This document shows, in pieces, positions 31,349 to 41,409 of a stretch of 64,000 bases of DNA (within the stretch, counting starts at the first letter, position 1; every line of letters begins with the position of its first letter). This DNA comes from Promethearchaeota archaeon (lineage in GTDB: Archaea > Asgardarchaeota > Lokiarchaeia > Sigyniarchaeales > SOKP01): contig RDOA01000001.1 in the NCBI GenBank assembly GCA_011364925.1, forward strand, positions 29,997-93,996. Direction: 5' to 3'. The notes under the pieces were generated by a model that was not told the origin of the DNA, did not search any database, and was given only the letters and a program-made list of their open reading frames with translations. Position numbers and translations under genes: made by a program.

Positions 31349-32344
31349 ATGCTGGTTAAACAAAAATATATAGGAAAAGCTGAAAAACAAGCTCAAATAT
31401 CAAAAAAGCTAAAGTTTTTTCGTTATTTAAAGTTCTATTTAATTCCTGGATGGCGGGATCCCGAATTTTCCGCGCAAGAATATGAGATTGAAAAAATAAA
31501 ATCTAAAAGGAGATTGTTTCGGCACCTTCTTAAACCCCTTACAATGATAGGATTAATAATGATTTTATTTATTTTTGTGTTAGCTATATTTGCACCTATC
31601 CTTACTATATATCCATTACAAGGCTTAGTAGTACCAAATTACCCCCCTAATCCAGATCCTTTTGCTCTCCCATCGGTGGAACATCCCTTAGGGACAACGT
31701 ATCATGGATTTGATGTTTTAGCCAGAATTATTTGGGGAGCTAGAACTACAATTTTGTCGTCGTTAATCCCCGTAACAATATCTATAGGTGGAGGCCTTAT
31801 TATAGGCATTATTTCTGCTTATTTCGGTGGGGTTGTTGACTATCTCATCATGCGCTTTGTAGATTTATTCTACGCTTTTCCAACATTGATACTCGTTATC
31901 ATAGTTACACCACTATTTGGTCAAGATTTATTTAGCATTCTTATTATCTACGGACTTCTATTTATACCATATAATATTCGGTTCATGCGATCACTTGTTT
32001 TCCAAGTAAAGCAGCTTGAATACGTTCAAGCAGCGAAAGTGGGTGGTGCATCACGGTTTATAGTAATGTTTAAACACATATTACCAAACGCAATATCACC
32101 AATGTTAGTATCTTTTTTTGGAGGTGCTGCAGTTGCAATTATAGGTTTAGCAGGCCTTGCATTTATCGGATTTGCAGATGATAGTGTCGCAAGCTGGGGT
32201 ATTGATATTTTATGGGCTCGAGGAAAGTATACTAATATTAGCGCTGCTATTTTACCGGGAGTGTTTATTGGAATTGCTGCCATCGGCTTTATACTTCTTG
32301 GAGATGGATTTCGCGATGCGTTAGATCCACGATTAAAATTATAA
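31349..32344 (+). CDS. dppC: Peptide/nickel-type ABC permease DppC with conserved N-terminal extension, copy 1
   Basis: HPLGT..G.DVLARIIWGAR, EYVQAA, KHILPN, GDGFRDALDPR. Confidence 0.92.
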   Translation: MLVKQKYIGKAEKQAQISKKLKFFRYLKFYLIPGWRDPEFSAQEYEIEKIKSKRRLFRHLLKPLTMIGLIMILFIFVLAIFAPILTIYPLQGLVVPNYPPNPDPFALPSVEHPLGTTYHGFDVLARIIWGARTTILSSLIPVTISIGGGLIIGIISAYFGGVVDYLIMRFVDLFYAFPTLILVIIVTPLFGQDLFSILIIYGLLFIPYNIRFMRSLVFQVKQLEYVQAAKVGGASRFIVMFKHILPNAISPMLVSFFGGAAVAIIGLAGLAFIGFADDSVASWGIDILWARGKYTNISAAILPGVFIGIAAIGFILLGDGFRDALDPRLKL

Positions 32345-32354
32345 AAAAGAGGGA

Positions 32355-34331
32355 TTGAAAGTTTTAAATACATTATATCAGACTGTCTTTGGATTAAATT
32401 ACGGAAAAGCATTAATTGAAGCAATTATACTTGTTATTGTTTTATATTTAATTTTAAACTTCATTAATAATCAAATTCCTGAGGATCAACAACTTTTAAA
32501 GAAAGTATTTAAGAGAAGGTCAGCAATAATTTGTTTTGCCATATTATTACCGATTATCATTGGCGTTAAATCTATCTTTGAAACCTTATGGGTTTTTAAT
32601 TCCACATTTTTGGCGTTCAATAATAATGCTGTCTCGTTCGCAATTATAACTACTCTCTTTTACTTCTTCTCCAAAATACTACTATTAAACGATAAGAGAA
32701 TTAGAGCTTCAAGGGAGGTGCATTTAAAGAACCCATTTATCAAAATATTTAAGATATTTATTGTAATAACTTGGATAATTGCCATAATATTTATTTCAAT
32801 TCCTCTCTTAGGACTTGAAAGGCTTGAAGGGGAACATCCGGTATTAGTGGATATATTTTACCTTGGATTTATATGGGCGGGTTTTACTGTCGGATGTAAT
32901 ACACTTCTCACAATTCTAATTAATAGAATTATTCCAATTAAGTACCGGATTCCTAAGAGACCTTTAAAATATTCCATGTTTGCTGGTGGACTAATCTCAT
33001 TTGGAATTTGGTCAATCCAATTAATTATCGTTGAATTATATTTGAAAAGATTATTTGGAATAACGATCTATAATCAAGACATTAGGATATTAATTTTTGT
33101 TGTTAGCCAACTTTATGGCATCATATTTTACATATCGTGGGATAAGAGATTCATGCCAAAAGCTAAAGAAAGAAGTACTTTAAAACTCCAGAGAGCGTTA
33201 GAATTGGTTGAAGAACAATCCTTAGAAAGTTCTAAATTAACTGGCAATCAGATTATTCTTGATGTAAAAGACCTCACTACGTATTTTTATACAGAAGAGG
33301 GTGTAGTGCGTGCAGTAGAAGATGTTTCTTTTAAAATATATGAAGGTGAAGTTCTTGGTCTTGTAGGCGAAACCGGTTGTGGAAAATCTGTTACCGCATT
33401 ATCGATCGTTCAACTAATTCGTCCTCCAGGAAAAAGAATAAAAGGGAATATCATTTTTAGCGGAGAAGATTTATCTTTAAAATCTGAATCAGAAATGTTG
33501 AAATATCGTGGAAAAGACATTACAATGATTTTTCAAGACCCGCTTAATTCGCTCAATCCAGTTTTTAAAGTAGGTAAACAAATTTCTGAAGTATTTTTAC
33601 TACATATGGAAAACGAAATGCTGGTCGAGACTTCTAAATTTCCTAATAAGAGTTTATATAGCGTTGCTCAGGAATGGAGTATCGCTCTTTTAAAAGATTT
33701 AAATATCCCCTTCCCTGGAATAATTTTTGATAGATATCCCCACGAACTAAGCGGTGGGATGCGACAAAGAGTTCAGATTGCAATGGCATTGGCATGTAGA
33801 CCTAAATTACTAATCGCAGATGAACCGACTACCGCTTTAGATGTTACAATCCAAAATCAAATTCTTAAACTGATGAAAGAACTTCGCAAGAAATACAACA
33901 CTAGTATTTTATATATCACCCACGATTTAGGTCTTATCTCTAAAATGTGTAATCGTGTTGCTGTTATGTACAGTGGATCAATTGTCGAATATGGAGATAT
34001 AAAAAGATTATTAACTAATCCCTATCACCCATATACCCGAGGACTTATTGCTTCTGTTCCAGTAATTGAAAAACAAAAACCAAGGCTAGAAGTTATACCG
34101 GGAACGGTCCCAAATTTAATTTATCCGCCATCGGGATGTAGATTTCATCCTAGATGCAAATATTGTTTCGAACCATGTGATTCAGTAGTTCCAAAACAAA
34201 ATGAGGTTGATAAAGATTATTTTGTAGCGTGTCATCTCTATAATCCAGAATATAAACGTTTAGCAGAAATTTCTATAAAGAATGTAGAAGAACCAAACAC
34301 ATATGCAAATAAAAATGAGGTTATGTCGTAA
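32355..34331 (+). CDS. dppD: DppD-type ABC ATPase fused to a ~300-aa N-terminal polytopic membrane domain, copy 1
   Basis: GETGCGKS, LSGGMRQR, IADEPTTALD, HPYT and a Cys-rich tail; residues 1-~270 hydrophobic multi-TM. Confidence 0.9.
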   Translation: MKVLNTLYQTVFGLNYGKALIEAIILVIVLYLILNFINNQIPEDQQLLKKVFKRRSAIICFAILLPIIIGVKSIFETLWVFNSTFLAFNNNAVSFAIITTLFYFFSKILLLNDKRIRASREVHLKNPFIKIFKIFIVITWIIAIIFISIPLLGLERLEGEHPVLVDIFYLGFIWAGFTVGCNTLLTILINRIIPIKYRIPKRPLKYSMFAGGLISFGIWSIQLIIVELYLKRLFGITIYNQDIRILIFVVSQLYGIIFYISWDKRFMPKAKERSTLKLQRALELVEEQSLESSKLTGNQIILDVKDLTTYFYTEEGVVRAVEDVSFKIYEGEVLGLVGETGCGKSVTALSIVQLIRPPGKRIKGNIIFSGEDLSLKSESEMLKYRGKDITMIFQDPLNSLNPVFKVGKQISEVFLLHMENEMLVETSKFPNKSLYSVAQEWSIALLKDLNIPFPGIIFDRYPHELSGGMRQRVQIAMALACRPKLLIADEPTTALDVTIQNQILKLMKELRKKYNTSILYITHDLGLISKMCNRVAVMYSGSIVEYGDIKRLLTNPYHPYTRGLIASVPVIEKQKPRLEVIPGTVPNLIYPPSGCRFHPRCKYCFEPCDSVVPKQNEVDKDYFVACHLYNPEYKRLAEISIKNVEEPNTYANKNEVMS

Positions 34332-34386
34332 TTATGTCTTTCTTAATTAAAATTGTCAATTATTTCAATAAAGTGGGGGAGAAACT

Positions 34387-35685
34387 ATGATTTTTCAACT
34401 GGAAATTATAACATTATTAGTCGCAAAATACATATTTTTTTTTCCTGTAGCTTTTATTATTTCAATCTTTATTATTAGTTGGGATCCACGATCCCAATTA
34501 GTGAGATTAAGGTTCCGTTTATACCTAATATCAGCGTTTAATAGTAATCTTTTTATTTTTATCCCTTTAGGAACAAGTTTCTTAGGAAACATTTGGATGT
34601 ATATAATTATCTACGTATTAATAGCAGCGATTGTTAGTTTTGTTGTTAAACTTATTACGTATAAAATAGTTGGAATTGAAAAATTTGGTCAAATTAAAAC
34701 TCTTGAAAGAAGCAAGAATTTGCTTGAAGTTAAAAATCTTAAGGTGCATTATCCACTTGTAGGGGGAATTTTAAAAAGAAAAATAGGAGCAGTTAAAGCA
34801 GTTGATGGTGTGTCGTTTGATGTAGAGTTTGGGGAAACTCTTGGATTAGTAGGAGAGAGTGGGTGTGGAAAAACAACCATAGCAAAAGCTATATTAGGTT
34901 TACTTGAAAAAACCGAAGGAGAAATAATTTTTCAAGAAAAGGTAATTCCTCGCAAGTTTTCACCTTATTTAAGACAAAAGATTCAAATGATTTTCCAAGA
35001 CCCTGACGCCTCCCTGAATCCCCGTAAAAAAGTTGTTGATATTATAGCCGATCCTCTGAAAAATTTACTTGGTATAACTAATGAAATAGAAATCAGAAAA
35101 AGGGTTTTAGAGTTGTTAGACCAAGTATCGTTAAAGCGAGAACATCTGGATCGTTATCCTCACGAGTTTTCAGGCGGACAAAAGCAAAGAATTGTCATAG
35201 CTAGAGCATTAGCATGCAATCCGGGGTTGATAATTTTAGACGAACCTACTTCTGCTCTTGACGTATCAGTACAAGCGCAAATTCTTAACCTACTTAAAGA
35301 TTTACAGATTGAATATGGCTATGGATTTTTGTTTATTACCCATAATTTAGCTGTGGTCTCCCATGTAGCAGATCGCGTAGCTGTTATGTATCTTGGTAAA
35401 TTTGTGGAAGTTGGAAGTAAAAATCAAATCTTTTCGAATCCAACTCATCCTTACACTAAAGCTCTCCTCGCTTCGCGCAGTACAATCGATCCTTACAACC
35501 AAGAAATCAAATTTGTTATAAAAGGTGAAGTTCCAAGCCCTATTGCTCCACCACCAGGATGCACTTATAATCCACGCTGTGTTTCTGAATTTCGTACAAA
35601 AGATTGTGAATTAAACCTTCCTCATAAGATTAAAATCGACGAAGGTCACTTTATATGGTGTAATAATCCACCAACCTCTAAGTAG
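34387..35685 (+). CDS. dppF: DppF-type ABC ATPase fused to a ~110-aa N-terminal membrane domain, copy 1
   Basis: GESGCGKT, FSGGQKQR, LDEPTSALD, HPYT and a Cys tail; about three hydrophobic segments at the N-terminus. Confidence 0.9.
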   Translation: MIFQLEIITLLVAKYIFFFPVAFIISIFIISWDPRSQLVRLRFRLYLISAFNSNLFIFIPLGTSFLGNIWMYIIIYVLIAAIVSFVVKLITYKIVGIEKFGQIKTLERSKNLLEVKNLKVHYPLVGGILKRKIGAVKAVDGVSFDVEFGETLGLVGESGCGKTTIAKAILGLLEKTEGEIIFQEKVIPRKFSPYLRQKIQMIFQDPDASLNPRKKVVDIIADPLKNLLGITNEIEIRKRVLELLDQVSLKREHLDRYPHEFSGGQKQRIVIARALACNPGLIILDEPTSALDVSVQAQILNLLKDLQIEYGYGFLFITHNLAVVSHVADRVAVMYLGKFVEVGSKNQIFSNPTHPYTKALLASRSTIDPYNQEIKFVIKGEVPSPIAPPPGCTYNPRCVSEFRTKDCELNLPHKIKIDEGHFIWCNNPPTSK

Positions 35686-35846
35686 TTAGGAAAATCAATT
35701 GTTAAAAGAGGATTGGTATTAATTATAAGAACAGAGTTTTTAATTGAAAATAACAATCTATAATAAAGTATAAATATTTTATTAGCGATATATATAAATA
35801 AATTTACTGTGTAAATTTAATTAATAACATACAAAATTGTTGAATT

Positions 35847-38294
35847 ATGGTTGTTCAAGATTTGAAAATGACTCCTCTTCAAGGAATCCCTTCAGAGCGA
35901 GTTAGAAAGATTAGAGATAGAATGCTCTCTATGCCAAGAGAACTTGATCTTGAGCGTGCTCGGTGTTATACGAGAATATACAAACAAATGGAAGATGCTC
36001 CGCCCTGCATGAAAAATGTGAAAGCATTAGAGGAATTTTTACGGTGTCTTCCAATCAGAATTGATGAAGACGAGCTTCTTGTAGGCGTAAAATCTAGTAA
36101 AATCAGAGCTGATCCAATTGAAATAGAACGTGGAATGCGGTCTAAACTTTTAGGTCTAGTCGTGAGCGAATCTATAAATAAACAAGTAAAAGATATGATT
36201 ATTTCAAAAATCTCATTTATTAATCGGTATGTTCCTTTAACAGAAGAAGAACAAGATGAGTTGAGGAATGAGATTCTACCCTTCTGGAAGGGAAGAACTG
36301 TCGCAGATCGAAAGGAAGAAGCCTATAAAGAGGCAGGTTTATATATGCAACAGAAGGGACCTTTGCCCTCAATGCTCCTCGTTAGTTTTGGGAGCGGTAC
36401 TGATATGTTTGCTGGTGCTATGGGTCAAGGACATGTCGTTCCAGGCTATAGACGAGTACTCAAAATGGGCTTTAGAGGTATCGAAAAGATGGCGAAAGAA
36501 GGGCTTGCAAAACTTAAGGAATCGGACGAAAAATTTGACCAACGCAAGGACTTTTATGAATCAGTCATAGTAGCTGCAAACGCCGTCTGTGATTATTCCA
36601 ATCGATACGCTGATCTCGCAATGGAAATGGCAAAAACTGCTTCAGAAACAAGAAAGGCAGAGCTTTTAGATATAGCAGAAAGAATTCGAAGAGTGCCGGC
36701 TTATCCTCCAAGGAGCTTTATGGAAGCACTTCAATCAGTTTGGATGACCAATGTCGTTATGGAAATGAGTTATGGTGAAGGAAACATATTCTCTCAAGGA
36801 CGCGTAGACCAATATCTTTATCCATTTTACGAAGCTGATTTGGCAGAGGGTCGGATTACTTACGAGGAAGCTGTAGAAGCAATTGAGGAATATTTAGTTA
36901 AACTTTCTTCTGTCGTTATAGCTGGACAGAACAATATAACTATCGGAGGATTAGATCATGATGGAAGTGATGCCACGAATGATGTTTCCTATATGTTTCT
37001 TGAAGCTATTTCAAATGTAAAAAGCTTATTAAACACATTATCGATAAGAATTTCTTCCAAGAGTCCCCGTGATTTTTTGAAAAGAACTCTTGAAGCTTTT
37101 AAATATACAGCCGGAATGGGAATTCATAACGATGAGGTGTTAGTGCCACAACTTCACGATACGGGATATTCGTTAGAAGATGCCCGAGATTATTCAATCG
37201 TCGGTTGTGTAGAACCACATGGTACGGGGAACGACTTCTCTTATACTGCAGGTAATGCCGTCCAGATTTCAATTCTTCTTAATATGGCATTAAATGAAGG
37301 GCGTACGATTCTTTCAGGAAAAGAAACCATGGGAGCAAAAACACCCCCAGCCAGTACTTTTAAAACTTTTGAAGATGTGAAGAACGCGTTTGTAGACCAA
37401 CTTAAATTTGCTATAGACCTAACTGTAAGAAAGGCTGAGATAAAAGATAAAACATTTGCTAAGTACTTACCTTCTCCGTTGCTTTCTTCTTCAATAGAAG
37501 GATGTCTCGAAAGCGGAATGGACGCAACTCGAAACGGTGCTAAATATAATAATAACCCAATGGGCTCACAAGGGCTTGGTACTGTGGTAGATTCATTAGC
37601 AGCAATACGTTGGGCAGTATTTGAAGAGAAATTAGTAACCATGGAAGAATTGGTTAACCATATGAATAATAATTTCAAGGGAGCCGAAGAACTTCGCGAA
37701 AAATTACGAAATAAATCACCCAAATATGGAAATGGTGATGAAAGAACCGATGAACTAGGGAGATGGGTAGCAAGTACTTTATGCGATATCACAAGAAAAT
37801 ATAAAGCGAGAGGCGGTGATGGCATATATCATAATTGCCTTGTATCTTCTGGAACTCAGGTTATAGAGGGTAAATCATTAGGTGCAACTGCAGATGGAAG
37901 ATTGAAAGGTGAACCCGTAGCGAACGGTATCTCTCCTTCAAATGGCACTGAAAAGAATGGTCTTACCATGACACTCAAATCCGTAGCTTATGCGACAGCT
38001 GATCCTCATCTAACAAACGGAGCATCATTTAATATTAGACTTAATCCGAGTATACTACAAACTGACGAAGGACTCGATCAATTTACTTCTATAGTAGAAG
38101 CGTATTTAGATTTAGGCGGTCGAGAGCTTCAAATAAATCCAATAAGCTCAGAAACCCTTAGAGACGCGCAAGCTCATCCCGAAAATTATCCCGACTTATC
38201 CGTTAAAGTGACAGGTTACTCTGCCAGATTTATAGATCTAACAAAAGAGCTTCAGGACGATATTATAGCAAGAACAGTATTCAACGAATTATAA
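35847..38294 (+). CDS. Glycyl radical enzyme, eliminase/dehydratase-like, substrate unknown
   Basis: Cys loop YSIVGCVEP, Gly loop VKVTGYSARF, GRVDQYLYPFY, PKYGN, ATADGR. Confidence 0.9.
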   Translation: MVVQDLKMTPLQGIPSERVRKIRDRMLSMPRELDLERARCYTRIYKQMEDAPPCMKNVKALEEFLRCLPIRIDEDELLVGVKSSKIRADPIEIERGMRSKLLGLVVSESINKQVKDMIISKISFINRYVPLTEEEQDELRNEILPFWKGRTVADRKEEAYKEAGLYMQQKGPLPSMLLVSFGSGTDMFAGAMGQGHVVPGYRRVLKMGFRGIEKMAKEGLAKLKESDEKFDQRKDFYESVIVAANAVCDYSNRYADLAMEMAKTASETRKAELLDIAERIRRVPAYPPRSFMEALQSVWMTNVVMEMSYGEGNIFSQGRVDQYLYPFYEADLAEGRITYEEAVEAIEEYLVKLSSVVIAGQNNITIGGLDHDGSDATNDVSYMFLEAISNVKSLLNTLSIRISSKSPRDFLKRTLEAFKYTAGMGIHNDEVLVPQLHDTGYSLEDARDYSIVGCVEPHGTGNDFSYTAGNAVQISILLNMALNEGRTILSGKETMGAKTPPASTFKTFEDVKNAFVDQLKFAIDLTVRKAEIKDKTFAKYLPSPLLSSSIEGCLESGMDATRNGAKYNNNPMGSQGLGTVVDSLAAIRWAVFEEKLVTMEELVNHMNNNFKGAEELREKLRNKSPKYGNGDERTDELGRWVASTLCDITRKYKARGGDGIYHNCLVSSGTQVIEGKSLGATADGRLKGEPVANGISPSNGTEKNGLTMTLKSVAYATADPHLTNGASFNIRLNPSILQTDEGLDQFTSIVEAYLDLGGRELQINPISSETLRDAQAHPENYPDLSVKVTGYSARFIDLTKELQDDIIARTVFNEL

Positions 38295-38427
38295 ATTCTT
38301 ATTTATCATTCTTTTTATTTTTTAAATTTGATTTTTCTTTCTAGCTTCAATTTTTAAAATTAGTAGAGATTAAGATATTTTTATATAAAAATTAAGAAAA
38401 ACAGAATTTGATTATTGTTCTCTGAAC

Positions 38428-39372
38428 TTATCGAGTTAAACCTGACCACTTAACATTAGTAACGCCTGTTCCTTTAGCAATTTCAACAAAATGTTCCATC
38501 TCCTCCTTTGTCATTAATGGCTCATCTTTTAAAGACCATGACATATCTAATTGTGTATATTTAATATCACAGAGTTTATTAAAGCTCAATAAATCCCATT
38601 TATCCGGGATATTATCTAATTCATTTACAATGAATTCTCCGATTCCTTGAACATTCTCTTCCGTGGCAGTATAGTTTGGAATTAACGGTGTCCTTATCCA
38701 CATAATTTTCTTATTTTCCTGGATATATTTGGACATCCATATAGCATTTTCCAAGATTGCTTTATTTGAAACGCCTGTGAATTGTTTGTGCTTTTCAGGA
38801 TCAATCTCTTTAATATCTAACAACACGATATCAAGGTAGGGTAATAATTCTTGATAGACTTTTTTACTTGAAATTCCGCACGTATCTAAAGCCGTAGTAA
38901 TACCATTTTCCTTGCATAATTTCAAGATTTTCAAGAGAAAATCCGGTTGTAAAGTAGGTTCACCACCAGAAACGGTGATGCCTCCTTTTGCTTTATCAAA
39001 AAATATCTTTTCTTTTTCTATTTCGTGAAAAAGCTCTTTTACATCCCACCATTTTCCATACATGCTTAATGCCGTACTAGGACAAGCTTCCACGCAATCT
39101 CCACAACTAGTACATCGTTCTCTATTAATGTGTAATCCGTCATCTTCAAAAGTCAAGACGTCCTCTTGACAAGCATCTATACAACTATCACATTTAATAC
39201 ATTTACGTTCTGTCCAATAAAGTTGAGGTTTTTTTGGAATTGATTCGGGATTGTGACACCAGACGCAATTTAACAGACAATTATTAAAAAAAATTGTTGT
39301 ACGCACGCCAGGGCCATCGTCAGTGGCCATTCTTTCTATTTTGAAGATTAATCCTCGAGTTGTTGCTTCTAT
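38428..39372 (-). CDS. Glycyl-radical activating enzyme (radical SAM with 2x[4Fe-4S] insert); probable ATA start at 39372 (first ATG at 39330)
   Basis: DGPGVRT, CLLNCVWCHNPES, two CxxCxxCxxxC motifs, SGGEP. The family motif GLIFKIER lies in frame upstream of the ATG. Confidence 0.9.
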   Translation of the reverse strand: MEATTRGLIFKIERMATDDGPGVRTTIFFNNCLLNCVWCHNPESIPKKPQLYWTERKCIKCDSCIDACQEDVLTFEDDGLHINRERCTSCGDCVEACPSTALSMYGKWWDVKELFHEIEKEKIFFDKAKGGITVSGGEPTLQPDFLLKILKLCKENGITTALDTCGISSKKVYQELLPYLDIVLLDIKEIDPEKHKQFTGVSNKAILENAIWMSKYIQENKKIMWIRTPLIPNYTATEENVQGIGEFIVNELDNIPDKWDLLSFNKLCDIKYTQLDMSWSLKDEPLMTKEEMEHFVEIAKGTGVTNVKWSGLTR

Positions 39373-39502
39373 CTTAAACCACTTTATCCATCTTGAATTT
39401 ATTTTAAAATGAAAATAAACTTAATTATTAAAATTAAGAAATTTTTAAAAAGATTGTTAATAGCTATCGTAAATTTATTTTTATTTCGAACAATAATTTA
39501 AT

Positions 39503-41386
39503 CTAAGATATTATTTCTAATTCTTTCAATTTTTCCTCAGTTGGTCTTCCAGTTTCCCAATCCCATCCGCGAATATTATAATATTTCTTCAAATTATCTT
39601 CTAAATCGAGTTTTACATTTTTTAATCTTCCTGATGATAATACTTTCATATTGTGATTGGGTAATCTATCGTCTTTCCTTGAAATTCCTAAATTGCAGCT
39701 AATTAACCGTTTCAAATTATTTATTCGTTCTCCAACCTTCATCAGCGATTTTCGATCGTAATTAAAACCTGTAGCAGCGTTTATATAGCCAAGAATATGT
39801 TCGAATTTGGGGGTTGCAAAATTGCAATTTACTGCCGAATCATCAATAGCCCTAAGGTCTTGAAGATTTACTACACCTTTTTCTCTTCCTGAGGCATCAA
39901 ATCTGTCTTTACTTCTTTTAATGTGGAGAATTCTATCGTTAATTGTTCCTGCTTCCGCTGAATACCAATCGCATTTGTTATGGTTTGCTCCAACGCATCC
40001 AGTCATATAACTTAATGCTTGACCGGCAAACGCTCTAGGTTCATGCATAGGGATTTCTAAACCTTTTACGTGTGCTGCTAATTCAGGATCAACTTCAAAT
40101 TTCAAAGCCATAGCTCTCACGCCTTCTGCAAGAACATCACCGATACCTTCTCGCTGGCTTATTTTTTCAATAAGTTTGCAGACTAGTTCTCCATTTCCCC
40201 ACTTAATATCTTCTACAGGGATTTCGTCCAAAAATTCCTTTATTCTGTTGATTCCTAAACTATTTTCTACTAAATAAGTTAGAAACGCAATTGAGACTCC
40301 ACAAGAAATAGTATCGACGCCAAATTTATTACAAAGATGATTTGCGAGAACTACTGGTTTTGAATCAAAAACTCCACATAAACTACCTAATGCAGCAACA
40401 GATTCATATTCTGGTCCATCGCTTTCAATTTCAATTTCCCCTGTGTTAATGACAGTTGATTTACCGCACTTTATCGTACAACCTGCGCACCCGTAACTGA
40501 ACATGGGATATTCTTCTCTCAGAGTTTTTCCTGTTAAATTCTCGGCAATAAACTCCGTTTCTGTAAAGTAATACCCAGGAGTATCACCATTAACCATCCC
40601 TAGATCGAGATACATATTAGTACCATATAAATTAAAAAGTAGGGATCCTACTTCTCCCATCGGGTTTGCTTCCCTTTCAAGTTGTGCTTGTTTTCTTAAT
40701 GTTTTCCCTAGTTCGTTATCTGCGAGATCAATCTTTTCTTTTCCATGGACTACTAAAGCTTTTAGATTCTTCGAACCCATAAGAGCTCCTAACCCACACC
40801 TACCAACTACTCTCCCTTCATCGTTCAATATAACGCTATATTTAACGAGGTTTTCTCCCCCTGGACCAATACAAGCTATCCGAGTGTTTGGAGCATTTAA
40901 TTCATCTTTAATTAGTTTTTGAGTTTCGTAGCAATCTTTACCCTGAAGTTCTGAAGCATCTTTAAACTCTATTTTTCCATCATGGATATATAAATAACTT
41001 AATTTGTTTAATTTTCCGAAGAGAACAACAGCATCAAATCCACTATTTCTTAAAGCAATGCAAAACAAACCTCCCGAAGAACCTTCACCCCAGATACCCG
41101 TTAAAGGTGATATTCCGCTCACAGTATAACGACCCGAATTGGGGCGAATAGTGCCTGTAATTGGACCAGTAGCAAATATTAAAGGATTAATTTCTGAGTA
41201 AGGATTTCCTCTTAATTTATTGTAATCTTCTTCTGAAAGTAGATCGTACGTTAATTTAGCGCTTAATCCCGTTCCTCCTAAATATTTTTGCGCAGTTTCA
41301 GGACTTAAATCTTTCACTTCAGAAGTTTCTCTGCTTAAATCCACATAAAGGACTTTTCCATTATAACCGTATAATTTATCATTCAT
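39503..41386 (-). CDS. aor: Tungsten aldehyde:ferredoxin oxidoreductase family
   Basis: GYNGKVLYVDLS, SPLTG, IGPGGE, GR.GLGALMGSKNLKA, CAGCTIKC, GPEYE, DTIS, VKGLE, RGWD. Confidence 0.92.
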   Translation of the reverse strand: MNDKLYGYNGKVLYVDLSRETSEVKDLSPETAQKYLGGTGLSAKLTYDLLSEEDYNKLRGNPYSEINPLIFATGPITGTIRPNSGRYTVSGISPLTGIWGEGSSGGLFCIALRNSGFDAVVLFGKLNKLSYLYIHDGKIEFKDASELQGKDCYETQKLIKDELNAPNTRIACIGPGGENLVKYSVILNDEGRVVGRCGLGALMGSKNLKALVVHGKEKIDLADNELGKTLRKQAQLEREANPMGEVGSLLFNLYGTNMYLDLGMVNGDTPGYYFTETEFIAENLTGKTLREEYPMFSYGCAGCTIKCGKSTVINTGEIEIESDGPEYESVAALGSLCGVFDSKPVVLANHLCNKFGVDTISCGVSIAFLTYLVENSLGINRIKEFLDEIPVEDIKWGNGELVCKLIEKISQREGIGDVLAEGVRAMALKFEVDPELAAHVKGLEIPMHEPRAFAGQALSYMTGCVGANHNKCDWYSAEAGTINDRILHIKRSKDRFDASGREKGVVNLQDLRAIDDSAVNCNFATPKFEHILGYINAATGFNYDRKSLMKVGERINNLKRLISCNLGISRKDDRLPNHNMKVLSSGRLKNVKLDLEDNLKKYYNIRGWDWETGRPTEEKLKELEIIS

Positions 41387-41409
41387 TTTTTTAAATCACT
41401 CCAAATATC

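Noticed and set aside
21008-38294. GREs as alkyl/benzylsuccinate synthases (anaerobic hydrocarbon activation), suggested by nearby beta-oxidation genes
   Set aside because: The Cys loops are GCLE and GCVE (eliminase type) rather than the CMSP type, and no small beta/gamma subunit ORFs are seen. They are also not classical PFL, which has a CC motif.
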